From the NCBI GenBank assembly GCA_030586555.1, contig JAURAC010000003.1, positions 32,001 through 96,000 of the forward strand: a stretch of 64,000 nucleotides of DNA, written 5' to 3'. How positions within the stretch are numbered: the stretch's first letter is position 1; each line of letters opens with the position of its first letter. The stretch is from Candidatus Subterrananammoxibius californiae (GTDB taxonomy: Bacteria; Planctomycetota; Brocadiia; Brocadiales; Subterrananammoxibiaceae). The notes under the pieces were generated by a model. That model was not told where the DNA came from, made no database searches, and worked only from the letters and a program-made list of their open reading frames with translations. Below are positions 21,274 to 31,147 of this stretch, in pieces. The translations under genes were made by a program, and so were the position numbers.

Positions 21274-22305
21274 ATGGAAAGGTTTATTGGGGTAGATTTA
21301 CACAAGAATATGTTCGTAGCCTGTTTTTTAGACACAGCAAAGGATGAGAAGATTTTCAAGAGTTACAATCTGAGGAAACTGAGTGAGTTTCAGAGGGATT
21401 TAAGACGAGACGATGTTTTAGCGGTAGAAACGACAACAAACACTCGTTATTTTGTAGAAAAGATAAGGGGGTGTGTAAAAGAGGTAAAGGTCATCAATAC
21501 CCCGCAGTTCAAGGTAATAAGCAAGTCAATGAAAAAGACGGATGAGAAAGATGCCTATGTGATAGCGTCATTTTTGAGCAAGGGAATGGTGCCAGAGATA
21601 AGGATGAAAGAGAAGAAAACAGCAGAGCTTGAGAGTTTGGCTCATACCAGGGATAAATTGGTTAAGTTAAAGATGGCGCTAAAGAACAAGATTCACAACA
21701 TTCTAAGTTCACAGGGAATCATAACCGAGAGGGAATTTTTATCCAGTGAAAAAGGCTTAGAAAAGGCATTATCTTACAAGGTTAGTAGCGTGGCTAAAAT
21801 CGAGCTTGAGGTTATAGTTGAACAGATAAGAAGTTTAAATGTTGGGATAGCGAAGATAGATAAGGAACTGGTAGAGAAGGGGAAAGAACTTGATGGACAT
21901 GAGAATATCACGAGCATAAAAGGTGTAGGAGAAAAAAGCGGGACAATATTACTAAGCGTAATAGGTAATATAAACGACTTTGAGGACGAGAAGAAACTTG
22001 CTGCATATTTTGGAATGGTTCCCCGGGTAAACAACTCAAACGAAACAATAAGACACGGCAGGATAACAAAACAGGGCAATAAATTAGGAAGGACAACATT
22101 GGTGCAGTGTACCCTTGTTGCGATAAAGTATTCAGAGTATCTGAGGTCATTTTATTTGAAGATAAAAGGCAAGAAGGGGTCCAGAAAGGCAATCATAGCA
22201 ACTGCAAAGAAGTTATCAGGGGTAATATACCACACGTTAAAGAACAAATGGGTATTTGAAGACTTTTCTAACTTTGTCACTAAAGCTGCTGAAACCTGTT
22301 CCTGA
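21274..22305 (+). CDS. IS110-family DEDD recombinase/transposase
   Basis: FIGVDLHK, AVETT, KTDEKDA; AAYFGMVP..NSN..GRITKQG; RBS GGAGG. Confidence 0.93.
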   Translation: MERFIGVDLHKNMFVACFLDTAKDEKIFKSYNLRKLSEFQRDLRRDDVLAVETTTNTRYFVEKIRGCVKEVKVINTPQFKVISKSMKKTDEKDAYVIASFLSKGMVPEIRMKEKKTAELESLAHTRDKLVKLKMALKNKIHNILSSQGIITEREFLSSEKGLEKALSYKVSSVAKIELEVIVEQIRSLNVGIAKIDKELVEKGKELDGHENITSIKGVGEKSGTILLSVIGNINDFEDEKKLAAYFGMVPRVNNSNETIRHGRITKQGNKLGRTTLVQCTLVAIKYSEYLRSFYLKIKGKKGSRKAIIATAKKLSGVIYHTLKNKWVFEDFSNFVTKAAETCS

Positions 22306-22359
22306 CAGGTCAGGAATTAAATTATGGAGTAGATTTTTATCATAGGAGGAGAGGTAAAA

Positions 22360-22587
22360 ATGGTATGTGATATTTGCGGACAGAAGGACGCATATATTCG
22401 TAAAGTTACCGAAACCTATGGCAAAGGCAGAGATTTGTTGGTAATAGAGAATGTTCCTATGGTTAAATGCCCCCGTTGTGGGGAGAGTTACTTTACAGCC
22501 GAAACACTTCACGAGATTGAACGTATCAAACTACATCGTAAGAACTTCGCTGTTGAACGTCCTGTAAAAGTTGCCGGCTTTGCGTAG
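22360..22587 (+). CDS. YgiT-type zinc finger (MqsA-like antitoxin); cognate toxin absent
   Basis: CDICG...VIENVP..KCPRCGESYF. Confidence 0.85.
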   Translation: MVCDICGQKDAYIRKVTETYGKGRDLLVIENVPMVKCPRCGESYFTAETLHEIERIKLHRKNFAVERPVKVAGFA

Positions 22588-22637
22588 CGGAAGGAAGTTC
22601 GCTCTTTTTTCCAAATAAGGTAATCAGGTAAAGGCTT

Positions 22638-23420
22638 ATGAAAAAGATAAAGATTGGCGTTGTGCCTTATATGAATGCCAAGCCATTAATTTACGGGTTG
22701 GAAAATAATAAGGTAGTTGAACTCCATTTTGATGTCCCAGCCTTACTCACGGAAATGCTTAGTCGTGAAATGGTAGACGTTGCCCTTGTGCCATCCGTGG
22801 AATATTTCAGAGATGGAAACCTCCGCATTATTCCAAACATTGCAATCGCTTCAAAAGGGGAGGTTAAAAGCGTAAAACTGCTTGTAAGAAATCATCCCAT
22901 AAAGAAAGTTGCCTTAGATATAGCATCTAACACCTCTTGTATCCTCTCAAGAATTGTCATAAGTGAAAGTTATCGCCTTGCGCCTGCACTTATCCCATGG
23001 AACCCATCGAAGGAAAGGTTAGATTCACAAGCAGATGCTTTTCTTGTAATTGGCGATAATGCATTAAAAACAAACAGCAAAAGTCTTTTTACAATAGACC
23101 TTGGAAAGGAATGGCAGGAGTTGACCCACCAGCCATTTGTCTATGCCTTCTGGGCAACTAAAAGGAAGACTAAAATCACGGGCATTAGAGACATATTACA
23201 AGAAGCAAAAGCAAAAGGACTCGGTAAACTTGAAGAACTATCCGCTGTGGAGGCAAAACGGCTCGGTTTAACCTTTGACGAATGCTTCAATTATTTAAGT
23301 AAAAATATTTGTTATGCCCTGGGCGAGGAAGAAATTGCTGGTCTAAAGACCTTTTATGGATATGCAACAAAGATTGGCTTGGTAAAAGAGGGGATTGATA
23401 TTGAATTCTATAATGCTTGA
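22638..23420 (+). CDS. mqnA: Chorismate dehydratase (futalosine pathway)
   Basis: VPYMNAKPL, VKSV, SNTS, IGDNAL, DLGKEW, PFVYAFW; upstream of mqnC. Confidence 0.9.
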   Translation: MKKIKIGVVPYMNAKPLIYGLENNKVVELHFDVPALLTEMLSREMVDVALVPSVEYFRDGNLRIIPNIAIASKGEVKSVKLLVRNHPIKKVALDIASNTSCILSRIVISESYRLAPALIPWNPSKERLDSQADAFLVIGDNALKTNSKSLFTIDLGKEWQELTHQPFVYAFWATKRKTKITGIRDILQEAKAKGLGKLEELSAVEAKRLGLTFDECFNYLSKNICYALGEEEIAGLKTFYGYATKIGLVKEGIDIEFYNA

Positions 23421-24525
23421 CATTATTGATAAAGCCTCATCGGGCGAAAGATTGACCTATTCGGAAGGCGTAGAGCTAATGGGTTCATACGACCTGATGG
23501 CACTGGGTCTGGCGGCAGACATGGTGTGTCAGAGACTGCATCCCAAAAATTATCGCACCTACGCCATTGACCGCAATATTAATTATACAAATATTTGCCT
23601 CGCCAGGTGCATGTTCTGCGCCTTCTACAGAGATGAGGATAGCCCGGATGCGTACGTGATTTCTGAAAGTGAACTATTTCACAAAATAGAAGAAACGTTA
23701 CAACTCGGCGGGACCCATATCCTCATGCAGGGCGGTTTGGCTCCGGGCTTACGATTCGACTATTACCTGCACCTTTTGCGCTCAATAAAGGAGTGCTTCA
23801 AGATTCATATACATGCATTCTCACCCCCTGAGATTATACATTTCACCACCTTAAGCAGGCTTTCGGTACACGATGTAATTCTAACGCTCAAGGACGCTGG
23901 TCTCGATTCAATCCCTGGTGGAGGGGCAGAAATATTGGTTGATGAATGCCGTCAAGCGCTAAGTCCTCGAAAATGCTCTGTAAATGAGTGGCTTGAAGTA
24001 ATGAGGGAGGCTCATCGCCTCGGCATAAAGACTACGGCAACAATGATGTTTGGTCATATCGAGAGACCGGAGGATAGAATTACACATCTTGAACGAATAA
24101 GAACCCTTCAGGACGAAACAGGCGGTTTTACAGCCTTTATACCCTGGACTTTTCAGCCAAAAAACACTCAACTATCTTCCCCCTCACCCTCCCCTCTCCC
24201 CCAAGGGGAGAGGGATGGGGTGAGGGGGGAACTTGGGGGATTTGAGTACCTTAAGATGTTAGCCATTTCAAGACTATACCTTGATAATATCCCGAACATA
24301 CAAGCCTCCTGGGTAACACAGGGTGCAAAGATAGCCCAGCTTGCATTAAGGTTTGGGGCAAACGATATGGGCAGCACGATGATTGAGGAAAATGTGGTAA
24401 GGGCAGCAGGCATAACCTATCGTATGAAAAAAGAAGAGATGATTCGCCTTATAGAAGACCTGGGCTTCGAGGCTAAGCAAAGGGATTGTTTATATCGGGT
24501 AGACAACGATGTTCATCATCGTTGA
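23413..24525 (+). CDS. mqnC: Cyclic dehypoxanthine futalosine synthase (radical SAM)
   Basis: NINYTNICLARCMFCAF, PGGGAEIL, IQASWVTQG, EENVV. Confidence 0.92.
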   Translation: MLDIIDKASSGERLTYSEGVELMGSYDLMALGLAADMVCQRLHPKNYRTYAIDRNINYTNICLARCMFCAFYRDEDSPDAYVISESELFHKIEETLQLGGTHILMQGGLAPGLRFDYYLHLLRSIKECFKIHIHAFSPPEIIHFTTLSRLSVHDVILTLKDAGLDSIPGGGAEILVDECRQALSPRKCSVNEWLEVMREAHRLGIKTTATMMFGHIERPEDRITHLERIRTLQDETGGFTAFIPWTFQPKNTQLSSPSPSPLPQGERDGVRGELGGFEYLKMLAISRLYLDNIPNIQASWVTQGAKIAQLALRFGANDMGSTMIEENVVRAAGITYRMKKEEMIRLIEDLGFEAKQRDCLYRVDNDVHHR

Positions 24526-24619
24526 AATCAACGGACATAAAGCTGCAAGCCCGCCATTTGGGGGTGGGTCCGTTGTCTACCATTAGAATGGGAGCAATCG
24601 TAAATCCATGTAGACAACG

Positions 24620-25894
24620 ATGAAGATCAAACGTAATTTACTAACTACAGGGCTTCTTCTCATTCCATTAATGTTGTGCGTAGAAGGCGCCTCTTGCCCT
24701 TCTGAGGAAAGAAGCACCCCTTGTCATCCTGACACTGTGTCAGGTAATTTTTCTTTTTATGAGAAAGATGGGAAAGCCGCAAGATATGACATAAGCGTGC
24801 ACAGATGGATTGTGAAAAGGACAGTACAATTCTTGTTAGATAAAGGAATCGGAGATGAGGCGTTTCGCAACGAAATTAGTATATATGAAGATGAATTAGT
24901 TAGAGGGGCAGAGGATGAAGATGATATTGGAGTAGACGTTTTTTTCAGGTTCCTCAGACACTTTTATAGACCTGCAGATGACAGGGGTTACTACGCTGGA
25001 GGAACATTTCAGGAAAACGCCTTCGACTGGGGTTGGAATAATTCTGTAAACAGTTACGATTACACAGATGCTATAAACAAATACAAAAGTGGCTCACCAG
25101 CCGACAAACTGGATGCGTATTATGCACTGGGTCATGTGCTTCATTTAATTGCTGATGTCTCGCTCCCTGAGCACACACATCTGGAGTATCATGGACCGGG
25201 TGACCGCGGTGGATATGAAACGTATGTAACAATAATGATTAGAAGCGACGAAAATGCGCCCTTACCTTCGGATATAGAAACAATACTATACAATACTAAT
25301 GATGATTTAAAACATCTTCCACCGAAATATCGTGGAAAAGACGAATCCAGTGGTATTGTAAAGTATAACACGTTGAAAAAGTATATAAAGAATCTTGCAA
25401 AGATAAGTTATTATCTAAACAGATACAAAGCTGACCTGAGTGATACCAGTAAAAGCGGCCCCTCTGTAGGTCCATTAGGCAAGGTATTTCCGGATATAAC
25501 ATACGGCTTTTGTCCCGGGAACCACCCGAGCTGGTATATCACCGATGTCGGATGCCTTGGTACTTTTGATGGGGGTGGAACCGAATGGTGGAATACAAGA
25601 GAAGAACCAGAGAATGATAGCGAGTCCGAAGGCTTTTATTATTTAGAAAAGACTGGACAGGCTGTGCCTGAAAAATATAAGACCTACTGGAATCCAGATA
25701 ATCCGAAAAAAGATAGATACGGTGTTAATACCGAAAAGTTGCCCCTCGAACATTTATACGCAAGAGACCTGATTCCACTTGCAATAAGATATACCGCTGG
25801 CGTAATAGAGCTATTCTGGCGTCAGACTCACATCTCATCTCTCGGTACTCCTAATAGTATAACAACTATTGGCGGAGCAGGGAATTCTGGTTAA
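24620..25894 (+). CDS. Secreted Zn-dependent phospholipase C/P1 nuclease-like protein
   Basis: Signal peptide; VHRW, EDEDD, RHFY, LGHVLHLIADVSLPEH, GYE Zn-ligand pattern. Confidence 0.65.
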   Translation: MKIKRNLLTTGLLLIPLMLCVEGASCPSEERSTPCHPDTVSGNFSFYEKDGKAARYDISVHRWIVKRTVQFLLDKGIGDEAFRNEISIYEDELVRGAEDEDDIGVDVFFRFLRHFYRPADDRGYYAGGTFQENAFDWGWNNSVNSYDYTDAINKYKSGSPADKLDAYYALGHVLHLIADVSLPEHTHLEYHGPGDRGGYETYVTIMIRSDENAPLPSDIETILYNTNDDLKHLPPKYRGKDESSGIVKYNTLKKYIKNLAKISYYLNRYKADLSDTSKSGPSVGPLGKVFPDITYGFCPGNHPSWYITDVGCLGTFDGGGTEWWNTREEPENDSESEGFYYLEKTGQAVPEKYKTYWNPDNPKKDRYGVNTEKLPLEHLYARDLIPLAIRYTAGVIELFWRQTHISSLGTPNSITTIGGAGNSG

Positions 25895-25944
25895 ACAATA
25901 ACCTTTGTGATGGGAAGATGGTAAGTAATTCTCTCGTGGGGAAA

Positions 25945-25973
25945 AAAAGGGCGTATTATAAAAATACGCCCCT
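25945..25973. terminator. Hairpin terminator between convergent genes
   Basis: agggcgtatt-ataaa-aatacgccc with A-tract. Confidence 0.55.
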
Positions 25974-26016
25974 GGAAAATGCTTGCCTTTTCTGAGCTAC
26001 TGCTTAAGAATTCGGA

Positions 26017-28419
26017 TTAATCATCACATAGCTCCGATATCTTATCAATTGTAAAAGTACCGATAACGGGAAAGCCACAAGCAGTTCCACTAAAGCTTCC
26101 TGACATCGTGTTGTTAGAGTTCGAAAGCGTTGCAGTTCCGCTAAGAGTTCCTCCTCCCTCGCACCCACAGGCCTCCGCACCGCTTATCAGAATCGAAAGG
26201 GTTACGTTCGTACCTGATATACTTCCCGTGAAGGTGAGGCAATTATCAGTATCCTCAGGAACACTACCTGTAAACTGTGTTCCCTCCTGAGTCAGGCACG
26301 CAGTAAAATCGCCCGAACCGAGCCCCGTTATAGTAATACTCCCATCCCAAAATCCTGTAACATTAGCATCTGCCACTTCGGTCGTTGTGGTTGTTGACTC
26401 TGTCGAGGTAGTTGTTTCAGTCGTTGTGGTTGTTGGTTCTGTCGAGGTCGTAGTTGTGCTTGCTATAGTTGTCGTTGTGCTACTTGTTGTGGACGTAGTA
26501 CTTATTCCAACAAACCTTGCTAACCCATTAACGCTACTTATGCAGAAGAATCCCCATGTTACATTTATTTCCACGCAGTAGGTGTTTCCTGAGTTGGTAT
26601 AAGTTACAGTGCCGCATACGTTGATGATTCTACCTCTCCCGTCCTTTGTGTAAATCAAGTTCTCTGCACGAGGACCTGATTCACCGACAATGGCAAAGCT
26701 AAATGAACTACATACCTTTGAGAATGTAATACTTGCTGGAGTACCCTCACATGGCTCACACAGGGTTGTGGTGGTTGTACTGGTTGTTGTAGTGGTTCTT
26801 GTTGTTGTAGTAGTGGTCTTTGTTGTAGTCGTAGAACCTGGAACGGTTGTTGTTGTAGTTTCCGTAGTAGTGGTCGTTGGCTCCGTAGTTGTTGTGGTTT
26901 CTGTTGTGGTAGTTGTTTCAGTGGTTGTTGTCGTGGTTGTCGTTGTAGTCGTTGTAGTACTTACAGCCACAAGGTCAAAGCTGAGCTTGTTTTCACCTTC
27001 CACGGCAGGCTTGACCTTCTTTTGCAAGGTCTCGTATCCTTCTTTTTCTGCCTCTACGGTATAATTCGTGTCTGCTTCTAAGCACTGGTCAAACCTATAA
27101 ATACCATTAGCATCCGTTGTTGTGTCTGAGGCTTGGCTTGCAGGTTTTGTTATCCTTACCGTGGCGTCCGCAAGAGGGTCTTTGGTATTCTTATCTCTCA
27201 CCCTGCCAGCAAGATTTCCCTGACCTGTTAGCTCATCCAAACCAAAATCGGCTGTGCCCTGAGGTTCTTCAGAGGTAAGCTCTACCTGCTGTGATTGCAG
27301 AGCGCCATTTGCATAACACCCCTCTGATAAAGAAACATCGTATGTGCCGAGCTCAAGGTTGTTAAACTCATACTTGCCTTTTATGTCCGTCTTTGTCGTA
27401 GCATCAGAATTTCTAATGAGGGCGGCCGTTCCAAGTGTAACCTCAGCCCCTATAACAGGGTCTCCATCGCTATCGGTCACGGTGCCTGATATATTGCCAG
27501 GAGTGGCAGTAAGCGTGAAATTATGTGTTTCAGTTCCCTCGCTTCCTAAAGGAATCTCTTCAGATATGTATGGGTCTGGCGTATAACCATCCTTTGAACC
27601 CCTTATTATATATGTGCCGGGATTTAGGTTGAGGGCGTACTTGCCATTGTCATTAGTTTTTTTCTTGGCTGCCACAATGTCATCTAACAATGCCTCAACA
27701 AGAACGTCTGAAATAGGGTCTGTGGTATCGGCATCGGTTACTGTGCCCTTAAGTTTGGCTGGAACGAGGGTAAAATTGAGGGTTGTAGGGTCGCCTGCTG
27801 GTATATTGACATCACTCTTTGTTACTTCTATGTAGCCATCTTTATCTGCAGAAACCTCGTACAAGTCTGTTTCTATACAATCGAATGTATAAGCGCCATC
27901 CACATCTGTCTGTTCGGTCGGCCCGTCAGGTTCTATCTTGACCGTAGCTCCGCTAACAGGGTCGTCTGTAACGCCATCCTTAACGGTGCCTGTTAAACCC
28001 CCTTCATCCGCATCTTCAACGGATGCTAACTTAAGTGTAAATGTCTTATTCCCATCAACCTCTTTACCAAGCTTTTTTTCACGTTCGTAACATTGAGCAT
28101 CGGCTCTGACGCCATATGTACCTGCTTCAACGCTAAAAACAACCTCCCCATCAACATCGGTTATCCCCACCTGGGCTTCTGACCAACCCGAAGACTCGTC
28201 TTTTAATTCAACAATAGCCTGCGGGATAGGATTAGGAGGGTCGCTTTCATCCGTTACCTTTACAGTGACATTGAATGGTTGTGCCAAGCATGTCTTATCC
28301 ATAGTAAAGAATTGAATTACAGAGAGGATACTGATTGCAAGAGCGGTCAAAAATATCTGGGAAGGTAAAGGCAGGCGGCTAACTAATCTTGCACTGAGCG
28401 AAGCGGACGTGTTCTTCAA
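26017..28419 (-). CDS. Secreted protein with carboxypeptidase-regulatory-like repeats, two Thr-rich linkers and Cys-rich C-terminal domains
   Basis: GTVTD..GATV..TD..G.Y repeats; poly-Thr; signal peptide. Confidence 0.85.
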   Translation of the reverse strand: MKNTSASLSARLVSRLPLPSQIFLTALAISILSVIQFFTMDKTCLAQPFNVTVKVTDESDPPNPIPQAIVELKDESSGWSEAQVGITDVDGEVVFSVEAGTYGVRADAQCYEREKKLGKEVDGNKTFTLKLASVEDADEGGLTGTVKDGVTDDPVSGATVKIEPDGPTEQTDVDGAYTFDCIETDLYEVSADKDGYIEVTKSDVNIPAGDPTTLNFTLVPAKLKGTVTDADTTDPISDVLVEALLDDIVAAKKKTNDNGKYALNLNPGTYIIRGSKDGYTPDPYISEEIPLGSEGTETHNFTLTATPGNISGTVTDSDGDPVIGAEVTLGTAALIRNSDATTKTDIKGKYEFNNLELGTYDVSLSEGCYANGALQSQQVELTSEEPQGTADFGLDELTGQGNLAGRVRDKNTKDPLADATVRITKPASQASDTTTDANGIYRFDQCLEADTNYTVEAEKEGYETLQKKVKPAVEGENKLSFDLVAVSTTTTTTTTTTTTTETTTTTETTTTTEPTTTTTETTTTTVPGSTTTTKTTTTTTRTTTTTSTTTTTLCEPCEGTPASITFSKVCSSFSFAIVGESGPRAENLIYTKDGRGRIINVCGTVTYTNSGNTYCVEINVTWGFFCISSVNGLARFVGISTTSTTSSTTTTIASTTTTSTEPTTTTTETTTSTESTTTTTEVADANVTGFWDGSITITGLGSGDFTACLTQEGTQFTGSVPEDTDNCLTFTGSISGTNVTLSILISGAEACGCEGGGTLSGTATLSNSNNTMSGSFSGTACGFPVIGTFTIDKISELCDD

Positions 28420-28433
28420 ATTTTCCTCCTTTT

Positions 28434-28492
28434 ACACGTCATGACGCATGCCATGGCGCATGCCATGGCGACATGCCGTGGACATGTCGTGA
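28434..28492. repeat. CATG-rich palindromic element; copies at 31095-31141 and 33412-33439
   Basis: acacgtcatgacgcatgccatggcgacatgccgtggacatgtc shared. Confidence 0.85.
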
Positions 28493-28945
28493 TTTGAGTA
28501 GAGATTTACTGCAATTCCCTGATAAAAACATTCAGGGTCAAGAGTGTTTTACGGGCAGAAGTATATAATAAAACACAAGGCGTGTCAAGTCTTTTTTTTA
28601 ACCCAAAAATATACATTGACTTAACCGCCCACCCAAAAAATGGCGGGTCTTTGACAGAAAGCGCAAAGGTAGACAACGATGTTTATCACCCTGATTAAAC
28701 CTGTTCCTGTCAGGTTCAGGAATCAGGGGTGAATCAACAAACATAAAGCTGAAAGTCCGCCGTTTTTTTGGGTGGGTTCGTTGTCTACTTTTGTGACGAG
28801 ATTGCCACACTCGCATGAGATGGCTCGCAATGACAGTTTAATTAACAAGGGATTTACCTGCCTGAGCCAAAATTAAAAAAGGGGCTAAATCACATAATGT
28901 TAATTTAACCCCTTTTTGATTACATACCGCGTTCTAAATTATCTA

Positions 28946-30808
28946 CTAATCTTCAATCAGATTTGCCGTCCCGCTAACATTGCTTATGCAGAAGAATCCC
29001 CATGTTACATTTATTTCCACGCAGTAGGTGTTTCCTGAGTTGGTATAAGTTACAGTGCCGCATACGTTGATGATTCTACCTCTCCCGTCCTTTGTGTAAA
29101 TCAAGTTCTCTGCACGAGGACCTGATTCACCGACAATGGCAAAGCTAAATGAACTACATACCTTTGAGAATGTAATACTTGCTGGAGTACCCTCACATGG
29201 CTCACACAGGGTTGTGGTAGTTGTACTGGTTGTTGTAGTAGTTCTTGTTGTTGTAGTAGTAGTCTTTGTTGTAGTCGTAGAACCTGGAGTAATCGTTGTA
29301 CTTGTTGTAGTCGTTGAACTTGTTGTAGTTGTGGATGTTGTACTCGTTGTGCTACTTGTTGTAGTCGTTGAACTTGTTGTAGTTGTAGTACTTACAGCCA
29401 CAAGGTCAAAGCTGAGCTTGTTTTCACCTTCCACGGCAGGCTTGACCTTCTTTTGCAAGGTCTCGTATCCTTCTTTTTCTGCCTCTACGGTATAATTCGT
29501 GTCTGCTTCTAAGCACTGGTCAAACCTATAAATACCATTAGCATCCGTTGTTGTGTCTGAGGCTTGGCTTGCAGGTTTTGTTATCCTTACCGTGGCGTCC
29601 GCAAGAGGGTCTTTAGTATCCTTATCTCTCACCCTGCCAGCAAGATTCCCCTGACCTGTTAGCTCATCCAAACTAAAATTGGCTGTGCCCTGAGGTTCTT
29701 CAGAAGTAAGCTCTACCTGCTGTGATTGCAGTGCGCCATTCGCATAACACCCCTCCGATAAAGAAACATCGTATGTGCCAAGTTCTAGATTATTAAACTC
29801 ATAATTGCCTTTTATGTCCGTCTTTGTCGTAGCATCAGAATTTCTAATGAGGGCGGCAGTTCCAAGTGTAACCTCAGCCCCTATAACAGGGTCTCCATCG
29901 CTATCGGTCACGGTGCCTGATATATTGCCAGGAGTGGCAGTAAGCGTGAAATTATGTGTTTCAGTTCCCTCGCTTCCTAAAGGAATCTCTTCAGATGTGT
30001 ATGGGTCTGGTGTATAACCATTCTTGGAACCCCTGATTATATATGTACCGGGATTTAGATTGAGGGCATACTTGCCATTGGCATTGGTTTTATCCTTGTC
30101 AGCAACTGTGCCATCAAACAACGCCTCAACCAGTACATCTAAAATAGGGTCTGAGGTGTCGGCATCGGTTACCGTACCTTTAATTTTGGCAGGTACAAGG
30201 GTAAAATTAAGGGTTGTAGAACCATCTTGCGCTACATCAACGCTTTTTTCTACTTCTATGTACCCATCTTTATCTGCAGACACATCGTATGATTTTACTT
30301 CTATACAGTCGAATACATAAGAACCATCCACATCAGTTTGTTCGGTTGGTCCATCAGGTTCTATCTTGACCGTAGCACCGCTTATTGGGTCATCCGTTAC
30401 TCCATCCTTGACAGTACCAGAGAGACCCCCCGTTGGGTCCGTCACCTGTTCCAACTTAAATGTAAATGACGCTTCTTCCCCAAGAGCGTTGCTAAGCTTT
30501 TTTTTACGTTTGTAACATTGGGCGTCGGCAATAATATCATATATACCTTCTAAAACATCAGTAAAAACAACCTCGCCGTTATCGCCAGTCACACCTACAG
30601 TAGTTTCATCAGTAGAGACTTTAATCAATTTAACAATAGCCTGCGGGATAGGTAAATCTGTATCTTTATCTTTTACAGTTACGGTAACATCGAAAGCCAG
30701 TGATGTTTTTTCTATAAATGCGAGTTGAGTAATAGAAAGGATGCTAATGGTGAGAACAGACAAAAATATTTGGTAAGGTAAAGGCAGGCGGCTAACCAAT
30801 TTCTTCAT
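28946..30808 (-). CDS. Tandem paralog of 26017-28419 with a shorter C-terminus
   Basis: Near-identical ~1-kb central block; duplicated TTGACA-N17-TATACT promoter. Confidence 0.85.
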   Translation of the reverse strand: MKKLVSRLPLPYQIFLSVLTISILSITQLAFIEKTSLAFDVTVTVKDKDTDLPIPQAIVKLIKVSTDETTVGVTGDNGEVVFTDVLEGIYDIIADAQCYKRKKKLSNALGEEASFTFKLEQVTDPTGGLSGTVKDGVTDDPISGATVKIEPDGPTEQTDVDGSYVFDCIEVKSYDVSADKDGYIEVEKSVDVAQDGSTTLNFTLVPAKIKGTVTDADTSDPILDVLVEALFDGTVADKDKTNANGKYALNLNPGTYIIRGSKNGYTPDPYTSEEIPLGSEGTETHNFTLTATPGNISGTVTDSDGDPVIGAEVTLGTAALIRNSDATTKTDIKGNYEFNNLELGTYDVSLSEGCYANGALQSQQVELTSEEPQGTANFSLDELTGQGNLAGRVRDKDTKDPLADATVRITKPASQASDTTTDANGIYRFDQCLEADTNYTVEAEKEGYETLQKKVKPAVEGENKLSFDLVAVSTTTTTSSTTTTSSTTSTTSTTTTSSTTTTSTTITPGSTTTTKTTTTTTRTTTTTSTTTTTLCEPCEGTPASITFSKVCSSFSFAIVGESGPRAENLIYTKDGRGRIINVCGTVTYTNSGNTYCVEINVTWGFFCISNVSGTANLIED

Positions 30809-30909
30809 TTTTTCCTCCTTTTAATTCGTGCAGGGATTTTCTGCAAAAGTATTTTATGGGCGAAAGTATATAATAAAACCCATGCCATGTCAAGTCTTTT
30901 TTTACTGGT

Positions 30910-30983
30910 TGTGATAGCAACATAAAAATGTCCTAAAGTTAGCAAAATGAAAATGTCCTGTTTTATGCAAAGTAAAAATGTCC
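30910..30983 (+). repeat. Three GCAAN3-RAAATGTCC repeats at 25-bp period, starting TGT (transposon-end-like)
   Basis: Units at 30917-30933, 30942-30958, 30967-30983. Confidence 0.75.
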
Positions 30984-31147
30984 GCTTTTTGAATTAAATA
31001 AAAAATGCCAACAATAAGGTTGACTGTCTTTATATAATTTTATATATTGTGTGAAATGTTTAACCTACCTTTTTTCCAAAAAAGTAAATGAAAAACACGT
31101 CATGACGCATGCCATGGCGACATGCCGTGGACATGTCATGAGAGGAT

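Larger units (their letters stand above)
21083..22346 (+). mobile_element. IS110-family insertion sequence (inferred ends at ATAGG direct repeats)
   Basis: IS110 transposase, ~190-nt upstream non-coding region; joining the ends gives TAGATT-N17-TTTAAT. Confidence 0.7.

Noticed and set aside
26387..29495. Poly-Val ORFs on the plus strand
   Set aside because: Antisense shadows of the Thr tracts
26538..30030. Near-identical segments as DGR template and variable repeats
   Set aside because: No reverse transcriptase, both copies are coding, and differences are not adenine-specific
30910..30983. Regular repeats as a CRISPR array
   Set aside because: Units of 17 bp with 8-bp gaps; no cas genes; no CRISPR array seen anywhere in the window
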